Of a DNA stretch of 64,000 nt, positions 39,652-53,469 are shown piece by piece (the stretch's first letter is position 1; each line of letters opens with the position of its first letter). Position numbers and translations under genes: made by a program. The notes under the pieces were generated by a model, which worked only from the letters and a program-made list of their open reading frames with translations, ran no database searches and was not told the DNA's origin. Origin of the DNA: Octopus sinensis (Eukaryota); NCBI RefSeq assembly GCF_006345805.1, contig NC_043001.1:68510001-68574000 (forward strand), in the 5' to 3' direction.

Positions 39652-40946
39652 AGATGAAAAATTAAACAACCATATAAAGGAAAAGCAAAAACGTGAGTAG
39701 CTGCACTGAGTGAGATAAATACTGGCTTCAAAGCTGAATATCAGGAACATAATTTCGGCAGTAAACTCGTGCACAGTCGCAGTTTGTTCGCTATGTCGCT
39801 GGAATCCTGAAGTGGAGAGAGGAGGAGGCAAAGGAGATGGACAGGAAGTCAAGAAAGCTTCTAACGATGCATGGAGCCTATCATCCATGTGAAGACACTG
39901 ATCGCCTAAACATGAAGGGAGCAACTGGAAGAAGGAGACTGATAAGTCAGGAAGACTGTACTTATCGAACTCATACGTATCGAACGCATAAAAGAGATTT
40001 ATGCGATACCTAGTCCAAACCTTGCTAATGTCAGTTAGGAACGAGGGAGTGTTGAAAGCAGAGAAAAAAGGAAAAACGAAGGAAGAAGTACAAAAAGAAG
40101 ATGAAGAAGAATTACCCAACAAGGGACTACACAATCAATTCCATATAGCCACAACAGAGGTTGCTGCAGAAATAGGGGGATTGGCTGAAGAAAGGAACAC
40201 TTTAAAAAAAGAGACCGAGAGTTCTATACTGGCAGCGCAAGATCACGCTTTGGCTACAAACTGGAGGGTCGACCTTTGGAAAGAGTAAGTGTCCCGCTGT
40301 GCGGCAGCTATAATAGAATGGATGAAACCATTGCCCATATTACAAATGCTCCACACCACTGCAAGTTGTGGCGGCGCGACCGGGTTGCGAAAGTGCTACC
40401 TTGGAAACTGTGCGAAAATCGGGGGCTAGAGAGAGGCATGACGTGGTATGAGCACAAACTGCAGAGAGTAGCGGAGTCAGAGACTAGCAAATTCCGCTGG
40501 GATTTCCCAGTCCAAATAGATCACTTGTTAGAACATAACAGACTAGACCCATTGGTGGTCAACAGGATGCATGATATGTGCTATATAGTTGATGTTGCAT
40601 AATCCTTTGACCCACGAATAGTCAAGAAGAAAGGCGAAAAATAGATAAAACGAACCCTGTTAAGTACGGAATAACCCAGCTATGGAAAATGAAGAGGTGA
40701 AGATAGTGCCAGGTATTGTTGCGTCGTTGGGATCAATATAAGAAGGCATCAAGTGGAATATCAAGGAAATAAGAATAGGTTGCTAAGTAGAATTATTACA
40801 AAAATGTTTGCCTCTTGACACGGCCAGAATAACCAGGAAAGTATTAGCGGAAAATAATGGATAGCATGGTACCGTAGGCTGCAGGCAGCAAGCCGGCTAC
40901 GCATGCAATACTCGAAGAGTTCCAACAAAGCCTGTGATAAAAAGAA

Positions 40947-41017
<71 letters not shown>
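39652..41017 (+). pseudogene. R4/Dong-like LINE copy 1 of the stack (5'-truncated, RLE region, (TAA)n tail)
   Basis: NIISAVNS; EMDRKSRKLLTMHGAYHP; LKKETESSILAAQDHALATN; RDRVAKVL.WKLC; WDFPVQIDH...HNR.D; CYIVDVA; TARITRKVL; tail 40948-41017. Confidence 0.88.
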
Positions 41018-41018
<1 letters not shown>

Positions 41019-41020
<2 letters not shown>

Positions 41021-41790
41021 ATTGAAACAGTGGACCACCTAATCTCTGGATGTAAGATTGAAACAGTGGACCACCTAATCTCTGGATGTAAAGTCTTAGC
41101 ACCAGTGGAGTATAAATTAAGACATGACAGAGTTGGCCAATATCTACACTGGCTAATAAGTCGGCATTACAATATAAAAACTGCCGACAAGTGGTATAAT
41201 CACCACCCTGAGGCTGTAACTGAAGGAGAAAATGTAACCATTCTGTGGGACTTTCCAGTACATACAGACCGAACCATCAAGGCCAATAAACCAGATATTG
41301 TTGTGAAAGACCAAAACAATAAAGTTTGCTTATTGATCGACATGAGCACCCCTGTGATCATAATATCTCAGTGAAAGAGTTTGACAAGCTCAGAAAATAT
41401 AAAGACCTACTCATTGAAATTGAGAAAATGTGGCATCTCAAGGCGGTTACAATACCAGTGATCGTAGGAGCACTAGGAATGATCAAGAAGGGAACCGAAA
41501 ATTATATGAGAATGATCCCTGGCTTACCATCCCTGCAAGAAGTGCAAAAGATTGTCTTAACTGGTACATCACACGTATTGAGAAGAGCATTGTCGATGTG
41601 AGAACTGTTTCTGCTCATGTATTTTAATTTAACTTAAAAAAAAAAATGAACGAACTATTGAGTTTGGTTTAATGGCCTACCAATGTATACTATGAGTTTC
41701 TTTGCCCTAGGAGTCGAGAAGACACTCGGCAAGAAATGGAAGCAAATTCGAAAGAAAAAAAAAGTAATAATAATAATAATGATAATAATT
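41019..41790 (+). pseudogene. R4/Dong-like LINE copy 2 (3' RLE end), starting inside the tail of copy 1
   Basis: ETVDHLISGC (duplicated), EYKLRHDRVGQYLHW, LWDFPVHTDRTIKANKPDIVV..CLLIDMS, K..KYKDL.IEI, IPVIVGALG, GTSHVLRRALSM*; TAA tail at 41764-41790. Confidence 0.92.
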
Positions 41791-44780
41791 ATAAGAGAAC
41801 ACCGGGGGACGTTTAACATGTGAGAGCGAAAAAACAGTGCTCCGAAATCTATCCACAAACATCGGAAATAAAGACATCGCATGGAGCCAAAAAATAGCTG
41901 ACAAACGTTTGGACTATATCCGAGTAAGTAATACTCATTGAAATGATGTATTCTAACTGGATATCACCTCCAAAGCACATGTAAACATGCTTGATACATT
42001 ACGATCTATCAACACCAGACTATCTCCGACCCCAAATACCACGTACAAAAAAATTACCAATAAATTAAACAATACCGGTATTATTCAACCCAAGAATAAC
42101 AATCGGGAAGTACGTACTTTGAACTTGTTACACAAAAAGTACGAAAAACTACACGTGCAAAACAATTTGACAACAAAAATAAACGGACCGGTACCCTACG
42201 AAAATGATGATCGTCAAAACAAAGGGCCGGACGTTGTTCCTCATGTCCCGCAAATAAAACCAAAAAGGCATAAATGGACACGTGAGGAATATATTTCAAT
42301 ACTACACGCTTACTTTACAGCAATGCTCTACTCAAGGAACGAAAACACAACAACATATACATGTAAAATATGGAAGAAAAATAACTTAAATAAAAACTTG
42401 GGATACAGCAATAAACCCTAATAAACTAGCTAACGTACGAAGATATATTCTCAACGCAAAAAACAAATATCAGAAATAGAAATAGAACATTTAAAATAAG
42501 AAATACATCAGGAAAATGTAGATAGAAGCCACACAACAATGCCAAATAATATAAACACTGAGATAGTAAAGCACGAAGACAAACGTAACATTTCCAACAA
42601 AAACGAAGTAAACAAAACCAACAAACCCAGACCGTACGAAAAGCAGCAAACCAATACACGACAGACAAACATACGAATGAGAAAGAAAGCGACACAGATC
42701 TAAAACCTGCAAACAACGAAGGGGAGCCTAATGATTATGATACTATAAAAAGTAGAATAATCAAAGAACTGAAAACCACAGATCTCAGAATGGACCACCG
42801 ACCATACCTCCCAACAATCAAAATAGACAAAAAACAACATCAATAATAAATAGCACAAACCTAGCCGTCACGGAACTAATAGCCACTGAAATAAATAGCA
42901 ATATCACTGATTTAAATGACATAGTATATGCAGCAGCCACTGTATCCACAAAAGAAGCTGGATACCAACTCAAACCCATCCAAACAGGAGTACCATCACC
43001 CAAACAGACCCTGTGGATAGATAACATAACAAAAAAATACAAAAAATGAGAAAAGATCTTTCGATTCTTAACGAAATTAGTAGACAATCTACGCTACTAA
43101 GCAAGAAAAAGAAAACAAAAATACTGTGCAAATACAACATCACAGAAAAAGATTTACCTGAGATAAAAGAAAAGCTAAAGCAAGATATCCTTGCCAAAGC
43201 GCAAAGGATCCGCCGATATGAGAAAGGCCAACGTTTCTTTGAACAAAACAAACAGTTCAACTCCAACCCCAAAAAGTTCTACCAAGAACTCGGCAAAAAT
43301 AAAATAGACATCACTGCAGCACCAACGGCAGAAGAAGTGGAAGAATTCTGGAAAAAAATATGGTCGGCGAATGAACAACCACAGAAAACGAGTATTAAAA
43401 CAACAAACTTAGCATCTGAGCAACTCCGGACCCCCATAACAACTGAAGAGATCACCCAGGCACTGCAAAGACTAAGCAACTGGAAGGCACCTGGGCACGA
43501 CAATATCCCCAACTTCTGGTTTAAATATCTGACAGGAATGCACAAAAAGCTGGCTGAAAATTTTAACAACATACTGGCAGAGCCAGAGACAATGCCTGAA
43601 TGGCTCACGAAAGGGAAAACCACATTAATTCCCAAATCGAATTAAACGGCAAAACCAGAAAACTACAGACCTATAACCTATTTCCCTACTATGTACAAAG
43701 CCTTTACTGCAGTAATATCGCAAAGATTGAACAAGCACCTGGACGAAAACAACCTGTTTCCAGAAGAGCAGAAAGGATGCCGCAAGGGCTCATATGGCTG
43801 TAAAGATCAACAAATGATCAATAAAGCCATAACTGAAGACATCCGCAGAAAGAAGAAAGGCCTCAGTATAGCCTGGATCGACTACCGAAAGGCGTTTGAT
43901 AGCATCCCCCACACGTGTATCCTCGAAAGACTAGCCATTAACAAGGTAGCACCAACAATTATAAAATACATAGGACACTCTATGAATAAATGGCAGACAG
44001 TGCTACAGCTCCAAACAAAAGAGGGACTCGTGAAAACCAAAGCCATCCCCATTAGAAGAGGAATATTCCAGGGAGACACGCTCTCTCCACTCCTTTTCTG
44101 CTTGGCACTGACACCTCTATCTGATATGCTAAATAGAACTGGATGCGAATACAAATGTTACGGCAAAACGATCAGCCACCTTTTATATACAAATGACAAA
44201 CAGCTGGAAACACTATTAAAGAGAGTTCATAGATTTATCAAAGAAATATATATGAAATTTGGATTAGAAAAATGCACCAAAGTAACCCTGAAAAGAGGAA
44301 AACTAGTTAAGAGTAGCAACATCACACTAGATAAAACCAATGAAATACGAGAATTAGACCAAAGCCAAACTTAGAAATATTTAGGAATCCATGAACTAGA
44401 TAAGACACAACACACACAAATGAAAGAGAAAATTAAAAAAGAATATTATAGATGAGTTAGATCAATACTAAAAACGGAACTCAATGCTAAAAACAAGATA
44501 ACAGGTATTAGCACTTTAACCGTCCCAGTTATAAGTTACAGCTACAATATCCTTAACTGGACACTAAATGAACTAACCAAAATAGATAGGAAATCAAGAA
44601 AAATAATGACAGGATCTAGGATGCATCACCCAAAATCTGACATAGAAAGGCTATATAAACAACGTATAGAAGGTGGTAGAGGCCTTATACAGCTGGAAAA
44701 TTATTATATAATAACCACCATAGGACTGCAAAAATATCTAAAAAAGAACAGCAGGACAACGGAAAAAAAAAACAACTGTA
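41791..44780 (+). pseudogene. R4/Dong-like LINE copy 3 (5' region plus RT, 3'-truncated before the RLE)
   Basis: RHKWTREEY N-terminal motif; WKAPGHDNIPNFW; EEQKGCRKGSYGCKDQ; WIDYRKAFDSIPH; GIFQGDTLSPLLFCLAL; the MDD motif is deleted; MHHPKSDIERLY, then the similarity ends. Confidence 0.92.
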
Positions 44781-45505
44781 GAAAACTGGAAGATCTACTG
44801 TTTTCTGTGAGTAATTTGAATTTCCCTCAAAATAAGTTAAAAAAACTTACATATCTACAGCTCATACAAACGTACACCTAACAAGAAAAATTAGAAACAT
44901 AAATATCTCCAATTCTGTGTGAACATTTACATTTAGTCGTTTCTCATAACTATAAGAATGTGTAAAATTGCCTTTTAAATTACCTTTTATTGTAACAACA
45001 CAATTAAATGCACGATAAAAAGTTATGGAATTAAGCACCTACTAATATATACATACAACTAAATTCAGAAATTTAAAAAATATATACATAACATTGAACT
45101 CAGAAAGTTTTTTATTTAAAAAAATCATCAACGTAAATATCAGATAATATGTGTGAGTGAGTATACATATACATATACATATGTTTGTGGAGAGGAAGAA
45201 AAGAGAAAGAAAAAGGGAAAAAATAAAATAAAATAAATAAATGTAAACAGGCTTGACCTTTTACTGACCATTAACGTCCTTTGTCTCCACCATCGGCCGA
45301 ATCTATTTATAGACCCAAAGAACATGAATTCTTTAACCAACCATTCTCCCACACAATGACAGTAGGAGTGTTGATAGTGGCTGAGGCTACACATAAAACA
45401 ATGTCATTGATGATGATGATGGTGATGGTGATGTTGCTGATGATGGTGATGGTGATGTTGCTGATGATGGTGTTGGTGGTGAAGGTGATAGTAATAACAA
45501 TAATA

Positions 45506-48500
45506 ACTGACAGATCCCGTCTTTTTCCCTTTTTTTTCTTTTCATTCTCTGTATTTTATTCTCATTATTTCGAACTAATACAGGCAGAGTGAACCTTGAA
45601 GAAAGGAAGAGGGGAAAAAATGTTCGGAGATAAAACTATCAACAAAAAAATACAGACGAATATAGATCTGATAGTCTTAAGAAGCGGCGCTATGAGCAAT
45701 GCTTACATGTAGTGAACCCTAAACTGACAGATCCATCTCCTAATATAAGAATAGAAGCTCGTCATGCTTCAAGGCCAACAAATCAAACAATAAGCCGCAT
45801 TTTTCGTTGCGCGGATTACAAAAGACCACGTACCCGAAAATTGAACCAAATTCTGATTGAAAAATCAGCTACTGGATCAAATCTTCCCAACACACAGGAG
45901 CTGGACGTACCCCACAACCGGAATATTCCAACAGATGGCCATCCATGCTCATCACCAAATAATCAAAAGAAAAAGAAGGAAAAATGGTCTAGGGAAGATA
46001 ATAAAGAAGTTCTTGAGGCCTTCTACCATGCCATATATTTCCCCACAGATAAATCTAACACTGTACAAGCATACTTAAACTGGAGACAGAAACACCCTAA
46101 AGTAAGACCCTACATAGACAGTAACAAACTTGCCAACGTCAGAAGAAACATTATAAAAAAGAAATTACTGACTGAAGTAGAGATTGATCAAGTTAGACAA
46201 GCAGTATCGGATAAAATGAACGAAGCTGCAGCTAGAGAAGATAATACAGAGGAAATAATTATAGACCAGCCCAGGGCTGATAAAAACGAAGTGAGGATTG
46301 AAAGAGTTAGTATAAGTGATAGGCAAAGTGAAATACTCCCTGAACCAATCATAAACACTAAGACAGATGAGCATCAAATAGATAAAGAAAGTCACACAAA
46401 TATTGACCCAACAGAACTACATGAGCTAAAAAATCAAATCATGATTGAATGGCTGAAAATTAAAGAAACCAGCATGGATGAACGTGATACAATTCCTAAA
46501 ATCCGCAACTCTAACCAAAACATGAAAATGGTAAAATCCGGCTTGCACTTAAGGATATAATTTCAGCTAATGATATTGATATCACAAACCTCAACCACCT
46601 ATACTATGCATCCGCGAAAATTTCAACGATCCTATGTGGTGTGAAGATTAGAAAACGGCAACATTCCCACAAAAAGCCTTCTTGGCAAGAGCGTCTGCAA
46701 CAACAAATTAAAATATTTAGATCTGACATTGAATATTTGAAAAACCTTAAGGCTCACAAGACTACCAAACCTACAAAAACCCCAAAATTACTGAAAAAAT
46801 ACAATATGAAAACTATACTTGATATTGATGCCACCATAGAAACCATCAAACAAAAGGTATCTGCCAAAGCTGCCCGCATAGCGAGGTATGGAAAGCGTGT
46901 TAGATTTTTCAAGGACAATAACATGTTAAAAAATAACACCAAGAATTTTTACAGGAAGATAGGAAAAGCAGCGTTTACTGCAGGGTCTGTACCATCAAAA
47001 GAAGAAGTGCAGGGATTTTGGAATAAAATCTGGGCAGAAGAAAAAACACACAACGAAAAGGCCCCCTGGATTGACAGAATATCTACAGAACTGGACCCCT
47101 TAGAAGAGCAAAAGTGGGAGGGTGTCAAGGTAGAGGATATAAGATCTGCTCTCAGGAGGTCAAGCAAATGGAAGTCTCCAGGAAAGGATAAAATTCCTAA
47201 CTTCTGGCTGAATGCCTTCCCAGAGAGCCATGAACTGCTAACAGAACTGTACAATGATGTTTTGCAACACCCTAGTAGGATGCCTCCTTGGCTAGTTAAT
47301 GAGTTAACATTCCTGCTTCCAAAAAGTGAAGAAACAAATGAACCAAAAAACTATAGACCCATAACCTGCTTAACAACTATGTACAAAACGCTAACATCTG
47401 TCCTGACGGAATATACCTATAGTTTTTTAACAGACAACAGCATATTCCCTAATGAACAGAAAGGATGTAAACGTGGATCCTACGGCTGTAAAGACCAAAT
47501 ACTCATCAATAAGATGATCTTAGAAGATTGTCACAAACGACACAAAAACTTATCAATAGCCTGGATAGACTATAAGAAGGCTTTTGATAGCCTACCACAT
47601 AGCTGGATTAGGAAATGCCTGGAAATGTATAAGATAGCACCTACTCTGCGAAACTTCTTGACTGTAAGTATGAGATCATGGAGAACCACACTAACTCTGA
47701 ACAGTGACAATGAATCCCTAAATGCTGGAGTTGTAAAAAATTCGTGTGGCATTTTCCAGGGTGACTCACTGTCAACACTCCTCTTTTGTTTATCCTTAAT
47801 ACCTCTCTCAAAGCTGCTCAATGATGCGCAGTATGGGTATAAAATGTTTGATAAAAATATAAATCATCTCATTTACATGGATGATTTAAAGCTTTTTGCA
47901 AAAAATGACCAACAACTCAAGGGCTTACTAGCGATAGTCAAACAATTCAGTGACTACATCAGAATGCAATTCGGCCTCGATAAATGTACAAAAGCTACCT
48001 TTATCAAAGGAAAAATGACAGAAACATCTAACGTTAACCTTGACTAGCAGAATGTCATAAAAGAACTAGACCCAGCGGAGAGCTACAAGTACTTAGGGGT
48101 AATTGAAGGGAACGGAATCAGGCATTCAGAGATGAAGGAAAGGATCAGGAGAGAATGATATCGAAGAGTGAGAGCAATACTCAAGACAGAGCTGAATGCA
48201 AGAAACAGGATCGAAGCGATCAATGCATTAGCTATACCAGTCGTGACTTACAGTTTCAATATTGTTAACTGGTCAATTACTGAAATATGTCAGCTCGACA
48301 GAAAAATAAGGAAACTGTTGACAATGCATAGAATGCACCACCCTAAGGCAGATACAGAACGACTCTATCTGCCAAGAAAAGAGGGAGGCCGTGGTCTTTT
48401 ACAACTGGCAATAACAATGAAGATTGCTACAATTGGCCTAGACACCTACCTGAAAAACTCTGAGGACTGGATGTTAAAACTTGTCTCAAAACATGAAAAC

Positions 48501-49688
48501 AAGAAAGCATCATACTCAGTCACAAAACAGGCAAAGGAATATCTAAGTGAATTTCGAATACAACCAATTTCGGAATTAGAGATAGACATACAAGAAACAA
48601 GCACAGAAAAAGCCAAGCGCATGAAAACCCGTGCCAAAACTTAGATATTCTGAATAATAAATGGCAAGAAAAACCTCTCTATGGCAAATACCCAAAGAGA
48701 GCGAATAATGCAGATATTGACAAAGCCCTGACCCATCAATGGCTAATGGCCTCTGGCTTAAAATCTGAAACAGAGGGGTTTATCATAGCAGCTCAAGATC
48801 AATGCCTACCAACAAGAAACTACCAGGCCAACATATTAAAGAACGGCAGTAGCCCAACATGTCGTGTATGCCGACAACAAATTGAAACCATTGATCATGT
48901 TGTCTCCAAATGCAGTCTTCTAGCGCCTACAGAGTACCTCAACAGGCATGATAGAGCTGCACAATATATTCACTGGGTAATTTGCAAAAACCTGGATTTG
49001 CCCCATGAAAAAAACTGGTAGGAACACAATCCACCTCCAGTGCTTGAAAATGACCACATCTCACTCCTCTGGAACTTCACCATTCAAACTGACAGGAAGA
49101 TAGATGCAAATAGGCCAGACATCATATTGAAAGACTTCAGACAAAGAACATGCCTCCTCATTGATATGACTGTCCCAATCGATATAAACGTATCTGTCAA
49201 GACCTACCAAAAACTGAGCAAATATAAAGATCTTGAAATAGAAATCAGCAAAATGTGGAAGCTTAAGACTAAAACAATACCTGTTGTCATAGGTGCCCTG
49301 GGAATGATAGCGAAAGGGACTAATTGCTACCAAACTCAGATACCGGGAAACCCCAAAATGGCAGAAATTCAAAAGATAGTGCTCATGGGAACTGCTCATA
49401 TCCTACGCAAAATACTCTCTATGTAATCCCAAGGTTTAAAACAAACTTTTTAAAAATTTATTTATTTATTTATTTTATTTTGTTTTATTTTTTTAATTTT
49501 AATTTTAATTTTTTATTTATTTTTTTAAAAATTTTATTTTTATGTATTAGACATTCACTAGTACAACACAAAAAAACAAAAAAAACCAAATATATGGCAC
49601 AGAACTTCCAACCTGTTGTCTCTTGAGGTCTCTGGGTGAGACTTGGAGCCAACTTGTACAGACATAAAGCAAAAGTCAAACATAGAAC

Positions 49689-49723
<35 letters not shown>
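45506..49723 (+). pseudogene. R4/Dong-like LINE copy 4, essentially full length (RT plus CCHC/RLE), inactivated by stops and frameshifts
   Basis: KEKWSRED; 468-aa ORF 46641..48047 with WIDYKKAFDS, GIFQGDSLS and YMDDLKLF; CRVCRQQIETIDHVVSKC; RHDRAAQYIHW; ANRPDII..CLLIDMTVP; 3' UTR then (TAA)n at 49689-49723. The 5' boundary is approximate. Confidence 0.93.
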
Positions 49724-49724
<1 letters not shown>

Positions 49725-50252
49725 TGCTCTAATGCATTACCATGTAGTGGCTCTCATGGCTTCTGATTTTAACTGATTGGAAGTGTTTTCATGTACCTTG
49801 TTTTGTCTTGGTATAAAAGATGAGCTACAACAAATATTCTGCTCAATACTACAGATTTGTTTGTCAGTTGTTTGACCTTATCCAGTTGAGCATGTCCTTT
49901 GGTGGTTGATGATATGTACATCTCTGATCACAAGCAGTAGTGGGGGAGTATCGTAGCCATATGTTGAAAGAAATTCTTTGGGGTTTAGATAATTCACGTT
50001 TGGAAACATGGGTGTTTCATTCAACATCCTTTTGAGCGGGATGGGCTACTCGACCAGAAGAAAATTCTAACTGGACTCCACCTGCAATGTCGTGCGCTGT
50101 TTATCTTGTTATGAGATCATCATGTCGCGCACATATAGTTGTGAGACATGTGATTGGTGTACCCTTATCAGACGAGTATTCATGACGGGTATACTGGGCT
50201 ACGTATATTTTACTCCATTGTCAATTTGATGGCATGCACTGCTCTCTCACGC
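49724..50252 (+). mobile_element. Non-coding ~530-bp element flanked by TAA repeats, copy 1
   Basis: Aligns with 57601-58067; ends gcactgctctctcacgc+aataataa; no ORF. Confidence 0.75.
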
Positions 50253-50260
50253 AATAATAA

Positions 50261-50761
50261 CTAGCTGGACCCGTGAAAAATTCACGGAAAATATAAAAAA
50301 ATGTAAGTATCTGTAAATTGTGTGCTGGTGCCATGAGAAATGTTTCTGCATTGTGACAGTTACAGAATGTAGAAAGAAGTGTAAAACTATATAATCCAAC
50401 CAAAATTTCTCAATTATGCAAATGTAAAGAGAATCACTATTTAGCCTTAAAATACAAAGTAAATATTCAAAGAATCGTCTTGGTTTATAGCCCTGCTTTC
50501 CAACGTGGGAAGCATAGTAATATTTTGGTGGGGCATGGTAATATTTTGGTGGGGCATATAATATTTTGGTGAGGAATACATTGTGTTATGTTGAATTTAT
50601 ACCTTTTGTACACAATGATTAGAATACCAATAAAAGAGAGAGGTGCAATTCGAGAACGAGTTATTAAAAAAAAAAGAATTCTTTATATAACTTCGGGGGA
50701 CAATTTTATCAAATTTTTGACACTTTAGAGACAACAGATCGTTTTCATCATATTTATAAGA
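50261..50761 (-). mobile_element. Probable non-autonomous Helitron, 501 bp
   Basis: On the minus strand it starts A|TCTTATAAAT and ends with the hairpin ccgtgaa-ttt-ttcacgg then gtccagCTAG|T. It has no TSD and carries an internal 3 x ~21-bp minisatellite (50512-50573). The 5' boundary is the less certain one. Confidence 0.6.
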
Positions 50762-51402
50762 TCTGATGTCACTCAAGAGAGAATAAGATTATTTCCTTTG
50801 ATTTAGTCTGTGGTATGTGAAAACATATTGGTAATTACAAACGTGTATTCGTGTGTGTGTTTGTGTGTGCGTACGTGCGTACCTGCATGTATGAAGTATA
50901 GGACTGGTCAGTACTGAAAGCAATACAATCTTAATTCTCTATGGAGAAATAAACAGCAGGAGAGAGACTTTTGTGTGTGGGTGTTCTAAGCGCAGTGACT
51001 ATTTTATCTCTGGCGACATAAAATTCTAGGTACACAAGAAAATGTGGTGCTGCAGACTGTTGATAGAGCATGGCGTTGGGGTTGAAAGAATTGAATGGTG
51101 TGAAATGGGTTGAAATGGAGTGGAAGTAAGTGGTAGAAATGGGGTGGAAGTAAATGGAACAAAAATGCAATAGAGACAATAAAACATTCAGACAGATAGA
51201 CGATACAATGGATGACAGGGGAAACAACAATTAGAAGGACAGGCAAAAAAGACGGGTCATTCATGGTCTTCTTTCTTCAGTCAAGTATACCAGAAGTCCT
51301 TACTGTTTCACGCAGTTACACTTGAGACAGTTTGATCTGGTTGCTCTCCAAGAGTTTAAGCTAAGAACATTAGACTTTATACACACACACACACACACAC
51401 AC

Positions 51403-51440
<38 letters not shown>

Positions 51441-53289
51441 CATATATATACTATATTAAATGAATATGAATGACGGGAGATAAAGTAAGATTTACTCGTG
51501 GTCAGAATTGTTCGAAAACTGAGGTTCTACTGTATATATATATATATGTGTGTGTGTGTGTCTGTTTATGTGTGTTTGTGCGTGTACGCGCGTGTATATG
51601 TGTGAGTATGTGTGTGCGCGTGCGTGTATGTATCTATGTACATTATTGTTATATTGGTCTACTCCGAGTTTCACCTCGAGCTGGTATAAACAGCCCTGCC
51701 AAGAACGAAACTAAGAGAGGAGATCAATGATTTATATTGTATACCTATCTAGCCACTCAACTCAACGTATTGCGTTCTTTATCAGATAATGTTTACGGTA
51801 CTTAAAAAATATATCAATATATTATATATCCTTTCTGTCAGTCACTGGACTACAGTCATGCCTGCACCTATTCTTATCACTGACACATCAGCGGTTATAA
51901 TTATACTTTCAAAATAGTTACGATATATTTATATAGTAGAATGCATGCATGTATGTATGTATGTATGTATGTATGTATGTATGTATGTATGTATGTATGT
52001 ATGTATGTATGTATGTACGCATGTATGTATGTATGCATGCATGTATGTATGTATGTATGCATGCAAGCATGTATGTTTGTATGTATGTGCGTATGTTTTA
52101 TACATACATGTATATTTATCCATCCATCCATCCATCCATCCATCAATGCATACATATATACATATATATATATACATGCTCGTTCAGGTACAGTACACAC
52201 TGACAAGCACCTACACCCATACGTATATAACATTATTAAGAAAAACGTTGCGATACAAGTCGAAGATTTAAGCGTGTTTCTAATATTGAAATCAATAGAT
52301 TAATAATGTGAATGTTTAAATATCGGATAAATAAAGAATCCGTAAAGATCGATAATTGTGTCTACTTCAAAGTGAATCATGTTTCAATGCTGCGATTAAC
52401 ATTTAGTTGAGTAACAAAAATTGAATAATTATCGGAATTATAAATAATGCGAAAATGAAATATAGGAAAAAGGCGAAAAAGAAATCTGAAAGAAATCAAA
52501 GTATGTGATTAGGTTAGCAGAAGAACGGCGCAGTTAACGACAAATCTATGTTTTATATAATAGAAATAATGTTTTCATTAAAATACAAAAATAGGAAATT
52601 TATTCAGTAGACATGTAATAGCAATTAGACGAAGTTATTTATTAAAATGTTATAATAATGCTAATGACATATAAAGCTTTCATAGAGAAATTCGTAACAA
52701 TATATATAGGTGCAGTCTTTACTGTGTGACTGAAAAGTTCGCTTCGCAGCCATGTGATTTTCAAGTCAGCTCTACCATGCCATTCTTTGGGCATGTGTCT
52801 CTTATTGTAGACCCGAACCCAAACAAAGCGTTCTTTGTAAATTTGGTAGACGGAAGCTAAATATCTTTTGATCTGTGTATGTTTTCTGGGCCATAATCGT
52901 TAATAAAAAGGAAAAAATATCTCCTTTCAACAAGATTAGAAATTTGAATTTGGAATTAAAAACTACAAAGAAATTACGTAGAATTGATTTATTGATTTTT
53001 TTTTTTACCTATTATGAATTTCTTACAATTTCTTGTTGGCGGTGATCATGACTAGCAGTATTTCATCTTTTTGAGTAAGCTTCAACATGATTTAACACAT
53101 GACAATATCAGGACTGATGTTAGAGTTCCATATTTCACATATTTTGAGTGTTAAAGAGCATGTGTATTCCATCTGAATTATATATTTCATTTTAGTTGTT
53201 CCACCATATTAATCTCTGTAAAATGGAGAGAGAAAGAGAGAGAGAGAGAAGAGGTAAGGGAGAGAGAAGCGAGAGAGAAGGGAGAGAGA

Positions 53290-53326
<37 letters not shown>

Positions 53327-53469
53327 CAGAGAGAGAGGTGGAGAGAGCAACATTAAAAATTGCAGAATGAGTGCATATACGAGGCTTGGTGGCAGACTTT
53401 CTGAAAAATACTGTTTTAGCATTTTGGAGAGGTAATCTTCCGCTGAAGTAAGTTGCGATCGTATTTTAT

